The translations under genes were made by a program, and so were the position numbers. Under the pieces are notes generated by a model. That model did not search any database and was not told where the DNA came from. It saw only the letters and a program-made list of their open reading frames with translations. 64,000 nucleotides of DNA, taken from contig JBAXJX010000002.1 in assembly GCA_037137655.1 (NCBI GenBank), positions 229,730 through 293,729 of the forward strand, in the 5' to 3' direction. Below, in pieces: positions 43,960 to 53,300 of this stretch (position 1 is the stretch's first letter; each line of letters opens with the position of its first letter). The stretch comes from Candidatus Falkowbacteria bacterium. Lineage in GTDB: Bacteria > Patescibacteriota > Patescibacteriia > Patescibacteriales > UBA12465.

Positions 43960-46368
43960 ATGTACGACCACAAAATCATTGAAAAAAAATGGCAAAAAAT
44001 TTGGCAGGAAACCGAATTATATAAAACCAGTAATGACGCAACTAAACCGAAATATTATATTTTAGATATGTTTCCGTATCCATCCGGCGCCGGACTACAC
44101 GTTGGCCATCCGAAAGGTTATATTGCCACCGATATTTTGGCACGTTTGAAAATGATGCAGGGCTTTAATGTACTACATCCAATTGGTTGGGATGCTTTTG
44201 GGCTACCGGCCGAAAATTATGCTATTAAAACTAAAACTCATCCTCGAGTGGCGACGGAAAAAAATATTGCTGTATACAAAGAACAGTTAGAAATGTTGGG
44301 CTTTACTTATGATTGGAGTCGGGAAATTGATACGACTGATCCAGCTTATTACAAGTGGACACAATGGGCTTTTATTCAAATGTTTAAAAAAGGTTTGGTG
44401 TTTCAATCAAGTGAACCAATTAATTGGTGCCCTTCATGTAAAACTGGACTTTCCAATGAAGACGTGGAGGATGGTGCTTGTGAACGTTGTGGTACGCCAG
44501 TGGAGCAAAAGCCATTACCACAATGGGTGATTAAAATTACTGATTATGCTCAAAGATTATTGGATGACTTGGAAAAATTACCGCATTGGGAGGATTCGAT
44601 TAAGGACATGCAACGCAATTGGATTGGTCGCAGCGAAGGCGCCGAAATCGATTTTAAAATTAAAGATAGTGATGTTACAATTCGTGTTTTTACTACTCGT
44701 GTGGATACGATTTTTGGTTGTACTTATGTCGTTTTAGCCCCAGAAAATAGCCTAATTGAAGAGTTAAAAGCTAAGATTGTTAATTTAGCGGCAGTTAATG
44801 AATATTGTGAATCAGTTAAAAATAAAACCACTTTAGAACGCACCGATTTAAATAAAGATAAAAGTGGTGTCTTACTTCAAGGGTTAAAAGCGATTAATCC
44901 GTTTAACGGGGAAGAGGCGGATATTTTTGCGGCGGATTATGTTTTAAATTCTTATGGTACTGGTGCTGTGATGGCGGTACCCGCTCATGATGAGCGTGAT
45001 TTTGCTTTTGCTGAAAAATATAATATTCATGTTAAAACTTCCATTCGTCCGGAAAACGATGGCTTAGCTTTGGGTTGTTTTACGGAAGACGGCGTGCTAG
45101 TTAATTCCGGTGAATTTACCGGTTTGAAATCAGACGTGGCGCGGCAAAATATGATTACCTGGTTAGAAAAAAATAATTACGGTAGTCGTAAAATAAATTT
45201 TAAAATTAAAGATTGGGTTTTTTCTCGTCAACGTTATTGGGGTGAGCCAATTCCACTTATTCATTGTGAGAAATGTGGTGTGGTGGCGGTTCCGGAAGAT
45301 CAATTGCCAGTTACTTTACCGGATGTGGAAAGTTATGAACCAACCGGAAACGGAGAATCACCACTCGCTGGTATTGCTGATTGGGTGAATACCACTTGTC
45401 CAAATTGTGGTGGCGCTGGTCGCCGCGAAACTAATACGATGCCGCAATGGGCTGGTTCATCGTGGTATTATTTACGTTACATTGATCCGAAAAATGATAG
45501 CGCTTTAGTTGATAAGGATTTGGAAAAATATTGGTCACCGGTGGATTTTTATGTGGGCGGCGCGGAACATGCGACCCGTCATTTAATCTACGCCCGTTTT
45601 TGGCATAAATTTTTATTTGATATCGGTGTAGTTTCTCACGATGAACCGTTTACACGATTACAACACGTTGGTTTGATTATGGGAGAAGATGGTCAAAAAA
45701 TGTCCAAACGCTGGGGAAATGTGATTAATCCGAATGATATTGTGGAGCAATTTGGCGCTGACGCTTTGCGCATTTACGAAATGTTTATGGGGCCATTTTC
45801 CCAAGCTGCAGCTTGGAATAGTGGTGGACTTTCCGGTACTCGTAAATTTTTAGATCGCATTGATGCTATTACCTTTTCTGATCGCGTTGATGGTCGCGCT
45901 TTGAATGGTAGTTTTCATAAAACGATTAAAAAAGTCGGTGAAGATATTGCGGATTTTAAATTTAATACGGCAATTTCCTCTTTGATGATTTTGATTAATG
46001 AAATTTACGGTCCAGATAATAAAGGTGACATTAGTAAAACAAATTATATTCTATTATTACAATTGCTTGCACCATTTACACCACACTTAGTGGAGGAATT
46101 ATGGGCGCGCGCCGGGGAAGCTAATAGTGTCTTTAAATCCACTTGGCCAACTTATAGTCAGGAATTATTGCGTGATGATAACATTTCTTTGGCCGTGCAA
46201 ATTAACGGTAAATTGCGCACAACAATTGACTTGCCAACCGATACCCCGGAAGATGTAGCTAAATCGGCCGTCTTGGCGAATGAAATTATTCAAAAATGGT
46301 TGGAAGACAAAGAGATTGTAAAAATAATTTTCGTCCCGAACAAATTAATGAATATTGTGATTAAATAA
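43960..46368 (+). CDS. leuS: Leucyl-tRNA synthetase
   Basis: HVGHP (HIGH) and KMSKRWGN (KMSKS), plus a CP1 editing domain. I start at ATG 43960 (MYDHKIIEKKWQKIW), 4 nt after the xth stop, not at the track start of 43924, which overlaps xth. Confidence 0.95.
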   Translation: MYDHKIIEKKWQKIWQETELYKTSNDATKPKYYILDMFPYPSGAGLHVGHPKGYIATDILARLKMMQGFNVLHPIGWDAFGLPAENYAIKTKTHPRVATEKNIAVYKEQLEMLGFTYDWSREIDTTDPAYYKWTQWAFIQMFKKGLVFQSSEPINWCPSCKTGLSNEDVEDGACERCGTPVEQKPLPQWVIKITDYAQRLLDDLEKLPHWEDSIKDMQRNWIGRSEGAEIDFKIKDSDVTIRVFTTRVDTIFGCTYVVLAPENSLIEELKAKIVNLAAVNEYCESVKNKTTLERTDLNKDKSGVLLQGLKAINPFNGEEADIFAADYVLNSYGTGAVMAVPAHDERDFAFAEKYNIHVKTSIRPENDGLALGCFTEDGVLVNSGEFTGLKSDVARQNMITWLEKNNYGSRKINFKIKDWVFSRQRYWGEPIPLIHCEKCGVVAVPEDQLPVTLPDVESYEPTGNGESPLAGIADWVNTTCPNCGGAGRRETNTMPQWAGSSWYYLRYIDPKNDSALVDKDLEKYWSPVDFYVGGAEHATRHLIYARFWHKFLFDIGVVSHDEPFTRLQHVGLIMGEDGQKMSKRWGNVINPNDIVEQFGADALRIYEMFMGPFSQAAAWNSGGLSGTRKFLDRIDAITFSDRVDGRALNGSFHKTIKKVGEDIADFKFNTAISSLMILINEIYGPDNKGDISKTNYILLLQLLAPFTPHLVEELWARAGEANSVFKSTWPTYSQELLRDDNISLAVQINGKLRTTIDLPTDTPEDVAKSAVLANEIIQKWLEDKEIVKIIFVPNKLMNIVIK

Positions 46369-46383
46369 AATAATTTAACTAAA

Positions 46384-46412
46384 TTGACAAAATTTTCATA
46401 GTGTGGTATAGT
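46384..46412 (+). promoter_or_regulatory. Candidate promoter of lipoprotein gene 46450-47151
   Basis: TTGACA (46384-46389), a 17-nt spacer ending in TGG, then TATAGT (46407-46412). Confidence 0.5.
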
Positions 46413-46449
46413 ATTAGTATATTTAAAAACTAACTTTCTAACAAAAACT

Positions 46450-47151
46450 ATGAAAAAGTTATTTATTTTGACTTTGATTTTTCCAGTTTTGTTTTTAGCG
46501 GGCTGTGCGAGTAAAGTAGCGGATAATAATGCACCTATTAATAATAATATTGAGCAAGTCCCAGTTGTTAGTGAAAATACTCCGGTAGCTACCACTTCTC
46601 AAGTGGCAGCACCAATCGTTGTGTCTTCAACTTCAGAGAATGTCGCAACAACTAATAATGTAATTCCTAAAGACTGGAGTCTCATTAAAAATGATAAGTA
46701 TTATTTTGAGTTTTATGCCCCATCCGATTCTTCTAGTACCGAAATATTATTTGGTCAAAAACAAGTGATACCGCAATGGCAAAATGGGGTTTCCGTAAAA
46801 AAGGAAGTTGTTTCTAATTATTATAGTTTAGAAAAAAGAGCAGACTCAGGATTAAATGCCTTTTACTCTTTTAAAGTAATTGTTTATCCTAATACAAATA
46901 AAATCTTGAAAGATATCAGCAGCTGTAAGGCGGGAGATTCAGAGATTAGTTGTGAAAAGGTTAAAATTAACGGCACTGTAGATGCTTACAAAATTACTTA
47001 TAATTCAACCCAGGCCGTTCCAGGATCAGATTTCCATTTTATCTATAAGGGAAGTTACTATGTAATTCAACATTCTATTAAGCCACAGTATAAGTCAAAT
47101 GTTTCTAATGTTGGAGCAGATGTTTTTAAAACATTTAAATTGTTAGAATAA
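46450..47151 (+). CDS. Hypothetical lipoprotein
   Basis: 233 aa. Lipobox FLAG/C. I recognise no family. Confidence 0.6.
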   Translation: MKKLFILTLIFPVLFLAGCASKVADNNAPINNNIEQVPVVSENTPVATTSQVAAPIVVSSTSENVATTNNVIPKDWSLIKNDKYYFEFYAPSDSSSTEILFGQKQVIPQWQNGVSVKKEVVSNYYSLEKRADSGLNAFYSFKVIVYPNTNKILKDISSCKAGDSEISCEKVKINGTVDAYKITYNSTQAVPGSDFHFIYKGSYYVIQHSIKPQYKSNVSNVGADVFKTFKLLE

Positions 47152-47172
47152 AATAAATATTTAAGTATATTT

Positions 47173-47200
47173 AAAAAGAGCCTCATTTTGAGGCTCTTTT
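47173..47200 (+). terminator. Intrinsic terminator after 46450-47151
   Basis: Stem gagcctc / gaggctc (47178-47184 / 47190-47196) followed by a T-run. Confidence 0.7.
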
Positions 47201-47227
47201 GTTGTTATGTTGACAAAAATGTTATAT

Positions 47228-47259
47228 GAAAAAAGGACAACGTATTTTGTTGTCCTTTT
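47228..47259 (-). terminator. Intrinsic terminator of minus-strand gene 47275-48018
   Basis: Stem ggacaac / gttgtcc (47235-47241 / 47249-47255). On the minus strand it is followed by a T-run (complement of the a-run at 47229-47234). Confidence 0.7.
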
Positions 47260-47274
47260 GAAGTTTTGTTTGAT

Positions 47275-48018
47275 TTATCGTTTATCATCAACTATTAGTA
47301 ATCCGTTGGCATAAGAGAATTGGTTATTGCCTTCATCGGTAATAGTTAGAGTAGCAACTCCGGTATGATAACTTGTGGGTGATATCATATTTACTCCGAT
47401 TGTCCATCTCTCTGGTCCTTGTCCTAAATTTAAAGTGTCGATAGCAATGTTTGGATTACCGGCACTATCATTTTTAAATGTATAATTTCTAGTATAGAGT
47501 TTATTGGTTCCGTAGAAATAAATTTTAGCTGTGTTTGTTCCTGAATTTAAAGCTAAAATAAAATTTTTATTTGGAAATAACCATAAACCGTTATATATTC
47601 CTTCTTTGCCCGTAGTTAAGGTAAAAGTTCCATAATCATTGTATCCTATTGGAACTTTGTTGGCTAAAATATAATCGTTATATTTTTGGCCATCACTAAT
47701 GTTAACTTGCAAAGTTGAATTACTTAATAAATCAAACTTTAAAGCTTCTAGGCTGTTAGCGTTTGGGTTATTAAATTTTCCATCTTTAAAATAATAGACA
47801 AGAGGAGAACCATGATAGTTAGTACCGCTTCCAGAAAAATAAAATAAATCATTTTCTTGAGCTTCGAATCCTGCTTTTGGTTGTTGGCGTTGTTTGTATT
47901 CTTTGTATTTTTTATTTTGATTGTTGTTGGGTGTCAATTCCTCATCTTTCTTGCAAGATGTAAAAACTGTTAAAATAGCTATTATAGCTAAACCGATTAA
48001 TTTTACTGCTTTTGTCAT
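47275..48018 (-). CDS. Hypothetical lipoprotein (beta-rich)
   Basis: 247 aa. Lipobox-like VFTS/C followed by KKDEE; consensus-like promoter upstream. I recognise no family. Confidence 0.6.
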   Translation of the reverse strand: MTKAVKLIGLAIIAILTVFTSCKKDEELTPNNNQNKKYKEYKQRQQPKAGFEAQENDLFYFSGSGTNYHGSPLVYYFKDGKFNNPNANSLEALKFDLLSNSTLQVNISDGQKYNDYILANKVPIGYNDYGTFTLTTGKEGIYNGLWLFPNKNFILALNSGTNTAKIYFYGTNKLYTRNYTFKNDSAGNPNIAIDTLNLGQGPERWTIGVNMISPTSYHTGVATLTITDEGNNQFSYANGLLIVDDKR

Positions 48019-48068
48019 GGTTATATAGTTTTAAATTGTGAATGAGCTGAACTATTTTTGATAAGATA

Positions 48069-48097
48069 ATTATATCACGTTTTTAGCAAAAAGTCAA
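48069..48097 (-). promoter_or_regulatory. Near-consensus promoter (TTGACT-17-TATAAT) for gene 47275-48018
   Basis: On the minus strand: TTGACT (complement of 48092-48097), a 17-nt spacer, TATAAT (complement of 48069-48074). It shares the 19-nt core with 7351-7369. Confidence 0.65.
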
Positions 48098-48133
48098 TAT
48101 ATTGTAAAATAAGCTAGCAAAATCAGCATTTTT

Positions 48134-48489
48134 AGCCTCTTATGAAATACCGCACCTGAAGCGGGCGAAGCTTTCTTGGAAAGGTTGAGCAAGCGCGAAA
48201 TCTTTTCAAAAAGATTTGCACGCTTCACCCCACACGGTTAACGGCATTCTACCGGAGACTATAAAGAGCGAATATCATGATTAATTAAAATAACCGTCTT
48301 TTTAGTCTTCGGTATCTCGGCTTGAATCATCTAATGCTTATAATTTCGCTTCGTCTTGAGACTCAGCTATCTTCAACGCTTTTATAGTCTGGGGCGAATC
48401 TGGCAAAATTTTTAAAAAAGATCTCACTAGCGTTCGAACTTTTTTAAAAGTTTCGACCAGCTTCGGATACGGTGGGCTCGGTGAGGGCT
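48134..48489 (+). ncRNA. Candidate large structured non-coding RNA, class unassigned
   Basis: A 585-nt gap has no ORF of 60 aa or more on any frame and looks more GC-rich than neighbouring spacers. Long-range complementarity: 48134-48156 with 48471-48489, and 48256-48270 with 48377-48390 (14 bp with 1 bulge). Local hairpins sit at 48192-48224 and 48435-48455. A strong hairpin at 48500-48530 and then the rsmA promoter follow. Confidence 0.45.
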
Positions 48490-48499
48490 TCCAAATATA

Positions 48500-48536
48500 A
48501 ATTGGAGGTCACAAATTGTGACTTCCAATTTGTCGG
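48500..48536 (+). terminator. 14-bp hairpin, probable terminator of the upstream RNA
   Basis: aattggaggtcaca / tgtgacttccaatt (48500-48513 / 48517-48530). The single non-Watson-Crick pair is G.U on the plus strand but C.A on the minus strand, favouring plus-strand function. The downstream tract is T-rich but interrupted. Confidence 0.5.
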
Positions 48537-48537
48537 T

Positions 48538-48566
48538 TTGATATTTTAATTATAAATGAGTATAAT
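48538..48566 (+). promoter_or_regulatory. Candidate rsmA promoter
   Basis: TTGATA (48538-48543), a 17-nt spacer, TATAAT (48561-48566). Confidence 0.55.
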
Positions 48567-48603
48567 CATGGCATAATATATATAAATTTTTTCTAATAAT
48601 AAA

Positions 48604-49446
48604 ATGAATAATTTACTTTCCCGCACACTCGAGCTTTGTAAAATGTATGAGATTTATCCGTCCCGGTCTAAAGGGCAGAACTTTTTGATAAACGAAAAGG
48701 TTTATGACGATATTATTGTGGCGGCTGATTTAAAGAAGACCGACATTGTTTTGGAGGTTGGCCCAGGCTTGGGATTTTTAACGGAAAAGTTGGCGGCTAA
48801 TTGTAAAAAATTAGTGGCCGTAGAACTAGATGATAAGATTTTTAATTATTTGCAGATTAAAAAAATCAGTCAAAAATTGGACAATGTAGAATTATTAAAT
48901 AGCGATATTTTACAAGTTAGAGTTAAGGAAGTGTTACCGGTCAAATATAAAGTGGTGGCCAATTTGCCTTACAATATTACTTCAATATTTTTAAGAACAT
49001 TTTTGGAAAGTGATTTTCGCCCCCAATTATTGGTCTTAATGTTGCAAAAAGAAGTGGCGGAACGCATTACCGCTAAAGCTGGAGAGATGAGCTTGCTTGC
49101 TTTATCGATTCAATATTTTGCGAGTGCTGAAATTATTGAAATTGTTCCGGCCTCTGATTTCTATCCAGCCCCGAAAGTGGACAGTGCTATTGTAAAAATT
49201 GATACGAGTGATTCATCCAAAATTGATTTTGCGGAGGCGAAATTATTTTTCCGTCTGGCGCGCATCGGGTTTAGTGCTAAACGTAAAATGCTCAAAAAAA
49301 ATCTTGGTAACGGTGTGAAAATACCGGCCGAAACTATTGAACAAGTACTCGTTGATTTGGGATTAGATGTTAAAATTCGTGCTCAAGATTTATCCCTCTC
49401 TGATTGGAAAAACTTATTTGCCAAGTTACGCAATTTCATGCTATAA
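48604..49446 (+). CDS. rsmA: 16S rRNA (adenine1518/1519-N6)-dimethyltransferase
   Basis: 280 aa. KGQNFL, VLEVGPGLGFLT (SAM binding) and ANLPYNITS are KsgA/RsmA motifs. Confidence 0.9.
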   Translation: MNNLLSRTLELCKMYEIYPSRSKGQNFLINEKVYDDIIVAADLKKTDIVLEVGPGLGFLTEKLAANCKKLVAVELDDKIFNYLQIKKISQKLDNVELLNSDILQVRVKEVLPVKYKVVANLPYNITSIFLRTFLESDFRPQLLVLMLQKEVAERITAKAGEMSLLALSIQYFASAEIIEIVPASDFYPAPKVDSAIVKIDTSDSSKIDFAEAKLFFRLARIGFSAKRKMLKKNLGNGVKIPAETIEQVLVDLGLDVKIRAQDLSLSDWKNLFAKLRNFML

Positions 49447-49458
49447 TTTAAACAAATT

Positions 49459-50304
49459 ATGGAGGAAAATAACGGTGTAAAAAAAGCTCAACCGTTTACC
49501 ACGCGACAAAGAAAAATTGTCGCTTATTTTAGTATTTTTAGTTTGGCGGTAATAATTTTTATGTTCATGCAAATTCGTTACAGTATTCGCTCGCCCTTTA
49601 TGGCGCCTAAAAATTATTCCAGCTATTTAGCTAAACAAAATCAACCAAGTACATCTTCCGCTAGTATTGATATGACCAATGTTGATTGTCGTGCTGCGGC
49701 CATCTCTTCACCAGATAATTTAGTTCTACGTAATCGTGATACTGATGGCGATGGTTTGTCGGATTATGATGAACTTTGTGTTTATAATACTTCACCATAT
49801 TTAGCCGACTCTGATAGTGATGGTTTTTCTGATAAAGAAGAGGTTGTAAATAATACTGATCCAAATTGTCCAGCTGGCCAAACTTGTGCCACTATTTTAG
49901 ATGCTAGCAAGAATACTTTTTCGAGCTCATCCTCAGTTACGGCTATGACTCCGGAGGAATTAGCAGCAATTCAAACCTTGTCCGGTTCAGCTAGTGATGC
50001 GACAGCGGTTAGAAAAGTGTTATTGGCTAATGGTATGGATAAAACCACTTTAGATGCGATGAGTGACGCAGAATTATTAGCTGCAATCAGTAATAGTACA
50101 AGCACTGCGCCAACAAACACGGTGAAAACACCAAGCATTGGTGGTACCGGAACAAGTACTGTGTCACAAAGCGTGTTATCAGGTACGGCTGACACTAGTG
50201 TTTTACGTAAAATGTTAATAGACAATGGTGTTAATAAAGCGGCGGTAGACGCATTAAGTGATGATGATTTGCGTGCTGCTTATGAAAAGACTTTGAATCA
50301 ATAA
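49459..50304 (+). CDS. N-terminally anchored protein with TSP3-like Ca-binding repeats and a duplicated helical module
   Basis: 281 aa with a TM helix. DTDGDGLSDYDE and DSDSDGFSDKEE repeats. Two copies of a roughly 30-aa module (ATAVRKVLLANGMDKTTLDAMSDAELLAAI and TSVLRKMLIDNGVNKAAVDALSDDDLRAAY). It lies 34 nt upstream of the giant gene. Confidence 0.6.
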   Translation: MEENNGVKKAQPFTTRQRKIVAYFSIFSLAVIIFMFMQIRYSIRSPFMAPKNYSSYLAKQNQPSTSSASIDMTNVDCRAAAISSPDNLVLRNRDTDGDGLSDYDELCVYNTSPYLADSDSDGFSDKEEVVNNTDPNCPAGQTCATILDASKNTFSSSSSVTAMTPEELAAIQTLSGSASDATAVRKVLLANGMDKTTLDAMSDAELLAAISNSTSTAPTNTVKTPSIGGTGTSTVSQSVLSGTADTSVLRKMLIDNGVNKAAVDALSDDDLRAAYEKTLNQ

Positions 50305-50338
50305 AAGATAAAATTTGTAAATATTTTTTTAAAATACT

Positions 50339-53300
50339 ATGAAGAAAAAATTATCCGGCGTTTTACTTCTCGTTTTGATTGCATTTGGTTTTTTAATGCC
50401 AAACATTTCTCATGCTACTCCAGCTGATACGATCGGTGGTCCAGTTGCAATTATTAGAAAAGTGACTGATGTTGTTCAAAGTAAATTTAAAGACACTTTG
50501 CAAAAAGTTGGTTCAGCTCTTTTGAAGGGCGCAATTTCTAAAGCTTTAAATAAAATTGCGATTGATGCGGCGACTTATGCTGGTTCTGGCGGTGAAGGCC
50601 AAAAACCTCTCTTTGTAACTAAGGGCTTAGGTGCTTACATGAAAGATATTGGTGATAATGCGATTGGTGATGCCATGGAACAATTCGCTCAAGGCACTGG
50701 TATTAATATTTGTTCGCCTAATTTGGATTTTAAATTGAAAATTGGTTTAGGTTTATCAGCTCTAACAGAACAAAAACGTCCAAGTGACTCAGCTTGTAAA
50801 TTTTCTACCATGTCTCAAAACTGGAAGAATGATATCAATGCTAAATGGGCCGCTTTTCAAAGTCCGGATCTTCTTAAGAATGTTGCCGGATCTTTTAGTT
50901 TAAGTGCTCCAGCTGGTATCAACGCTTCTTATAGCGTGTTGTCTGGTGCGGCTGATACTTCTAAAACAAAAGTTAATGATGCTACTAATGGTCAATTGAT
51001 TGGTAAAGGCTGGCTTACTCCGACTAATATTGGTGGTCAAGTAACAACTGCGCCTGGACAAGCCGAAGCTGATTTAGCCAACATTAAACAAACTCAACAA
51101 GCTTCATTGTTACAAACTACTGGCAACGTCTTTGTTGATGCTGGTAAGGTTTTTGTTAACCAATTAGCGGTCACAGCTTTTAATCGAGCTTTGAAAAAAT
51201 TAGCTACTGGTGATGTTGGAAATATTATTCCTGGCGTAACTGTCGGTAGTGACGATTGGTGGCATAAACAAATCATGGCTGTTACTACTTGTGATCGCAC
51301 CCCACTTGATGGTTGTAATGCTAGTTCTAAAAACGATCAAGACCAAAGTAAATGTTATGCTGGCTACTCTTGTAATTCTGATTGTAAATGTGTGGACGAC
51401 AATGCTGCTGTTGCTAGCACTGATAATCTTTATAATCCAAATGCCGTTAATAATACTGGCGGCATCAAGGCTATTACTCAAAGCTTACAAACTTTTGCTA
51501 AACCAAAATTCAATGTTCAAGCCGATCTTAATGTTTTAGCAAGTTTAAACTCTTGTCCTGATGCTGGCCCTTACGGCGTTGGTCCAACTGATTGTGTGCT
51601 TGATGATAAATTCATGCAAGCCGTGCAAGAAAAGAAAACTGTGGCTGAAGCAATTTCCGAGGGAACTTTAGATCCAACTTGGAAAATGACAGCGGATGAT
51701 AATAAAACTTATCAAGACGCTTATACAATGCGTGATATTAAAATCTTAGGCCAATATCGTATTTTACCAGTTGGTTGGCAACAAATAATTGCTACTTCGA
51801 CAATTAACAAAAATCCAAATATAACTTTGGGCGATGCCATGGCTTGTTTTGATCCTAATGATGCTTATACTAATTTTAGTCCTAATTTTAATTCTGATGG
51901 TAATGGTGATATTTGGTGCCAAGGATTAGTTGATCCTAATTGGGTTTTGAAAGCACCACAAACACAATGTGCTAAACTTGGTGTGGGTAATCAACTTTTA
52001 AGTAAGGATGTTACAACTGAAGGAGTTTTGATAACTCGTAATGATAATTATTGCGCCGATGTTCAAAGTTGTATTTCAGAAAACAAAGATGGTTCTTGCA
52101 ATAAATTTGGTTATTGTACTCAAGAAAAGCGAACTTGGAATTTTGCTTCTGATGCTTGTGACCCAGTTTACAATACTTGTAATACTTATGTAGGTTCTGA
52201 TGGTACTCAAGCTTCTTATTTGGCCAATACTTTAGATTATTCTAATTGTACTGGTAACCAAGCTGGTTGTAAGTCTTATGCGACGACTGGTATTTATAGT
52301 TCTTCCTCCAATACTATGAATTGGGGAACTGATAATTTAAAATATTTTAACAAAACTGTTGGTATTTGTGATGCTGGCAACGAAGGTTGTTCTGGTTTTA
52401 TCCGCACCAATAATTACCATAATTTTTTAGTGAACGGTGATTTTGAAGATAATTCTAATTTAGCTTTTTGGGGAGTTGGTTCTGGTGGAATTTCTATTAC
52501 CACTTCCGGTTACGCCTCAGCTCAAGCCATTGCCTTCTCAACTAACGGTTTAGGTCGAACGATAGCGGTTGGTCCAGCTGATTATAATGTTGCCGATGAA
52601 GCTTATACTTTGTCTTTCTACTCTAATTGTACTGCAACAACTACAGCTTATTTGGGCACAGCTAATAATATGGCCATGAAGTCTCTTCCTTTTTCTTCGG
52701 GAAATACTTGGTCTTATCATTATTTAACTAATGTTTATCCGCATGACGCTGGTACAAACCAAATATCATTTTCGATTATACCAGAATCAGGTTCTTGTGT
52801 AGTTGATAAAATTAAATTGGAAAAAGGTTTGGACTCTTCGGCTTATTCTGAATATGGTACTAACGATACAATTTATGAAAAAATCTTACCTAAATATTTA
52901 GAATCAGTTTGTTATGTAAATACTGGTAGTGCTAAAAATTATAATTTGCAACCATTTGCTCCGGCGATTTGTCAAAAATTTGCAAAAAAATGTAATGCCG
53001 ATGAGGCTGGTTGTGAACAATACAAAGCTGCTGGCGATGCTTTGCCAGTGCAAGCTGTCGCTAAAGCGGCTGATTATTGTACCGCAGAATGTGTTGGTTA
53101 CGATACTTATATTCAACGCGAAACAGCTTTTAATTCTTCTACGGCCGCTAATATCATTCCAAAAACAGCGAGCGCTTGTAGTGCGGCCGCCGTTGGTTGT
53201 AATGAATTCACTAATTTAGATGCTGTTGCTAAAGGCGGTGAAGGCAAAGAGTATTACACTTATTTGCGTCAATGTGTAAAACCAAGCGAAACTAAATGTG

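Noticed and set aside
47208-47216. TTGACA at about 47210 between two convergent terminators as a promoter.
   Set aside because: There is no acceptable -10 at 16-18 nt and no downstream gene in that orientation.
48428-48442. GTTCGAA string resembling a tRNA T-loop.
   Set aside because: There are no flanking 5-bp T-stem complements, no acceptor stem and no anticodon arm. I saw no tRNA elsewhere in the window either.
48134-48489. Calling the structured region RNase P RNA, tmRNA, SRP RNA or 6S RNA.
   Set aside because: I could not find the universally conserved RNase P CR-I/CR-V strings (GAGGAAAGUCC, ACAGAA..CGGCUUA) on either strand. There is no tRNA-like acceptor/T-arm with a GGGG 5' end for tmRNA, and no SRP helix-8 motif. 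Partial resemblances (GGAAAGGTTGAGC; GGTGCGGTA on the minus strand) are in inconsistent order or strand. It is left unclassified pending a covariance-model scan.
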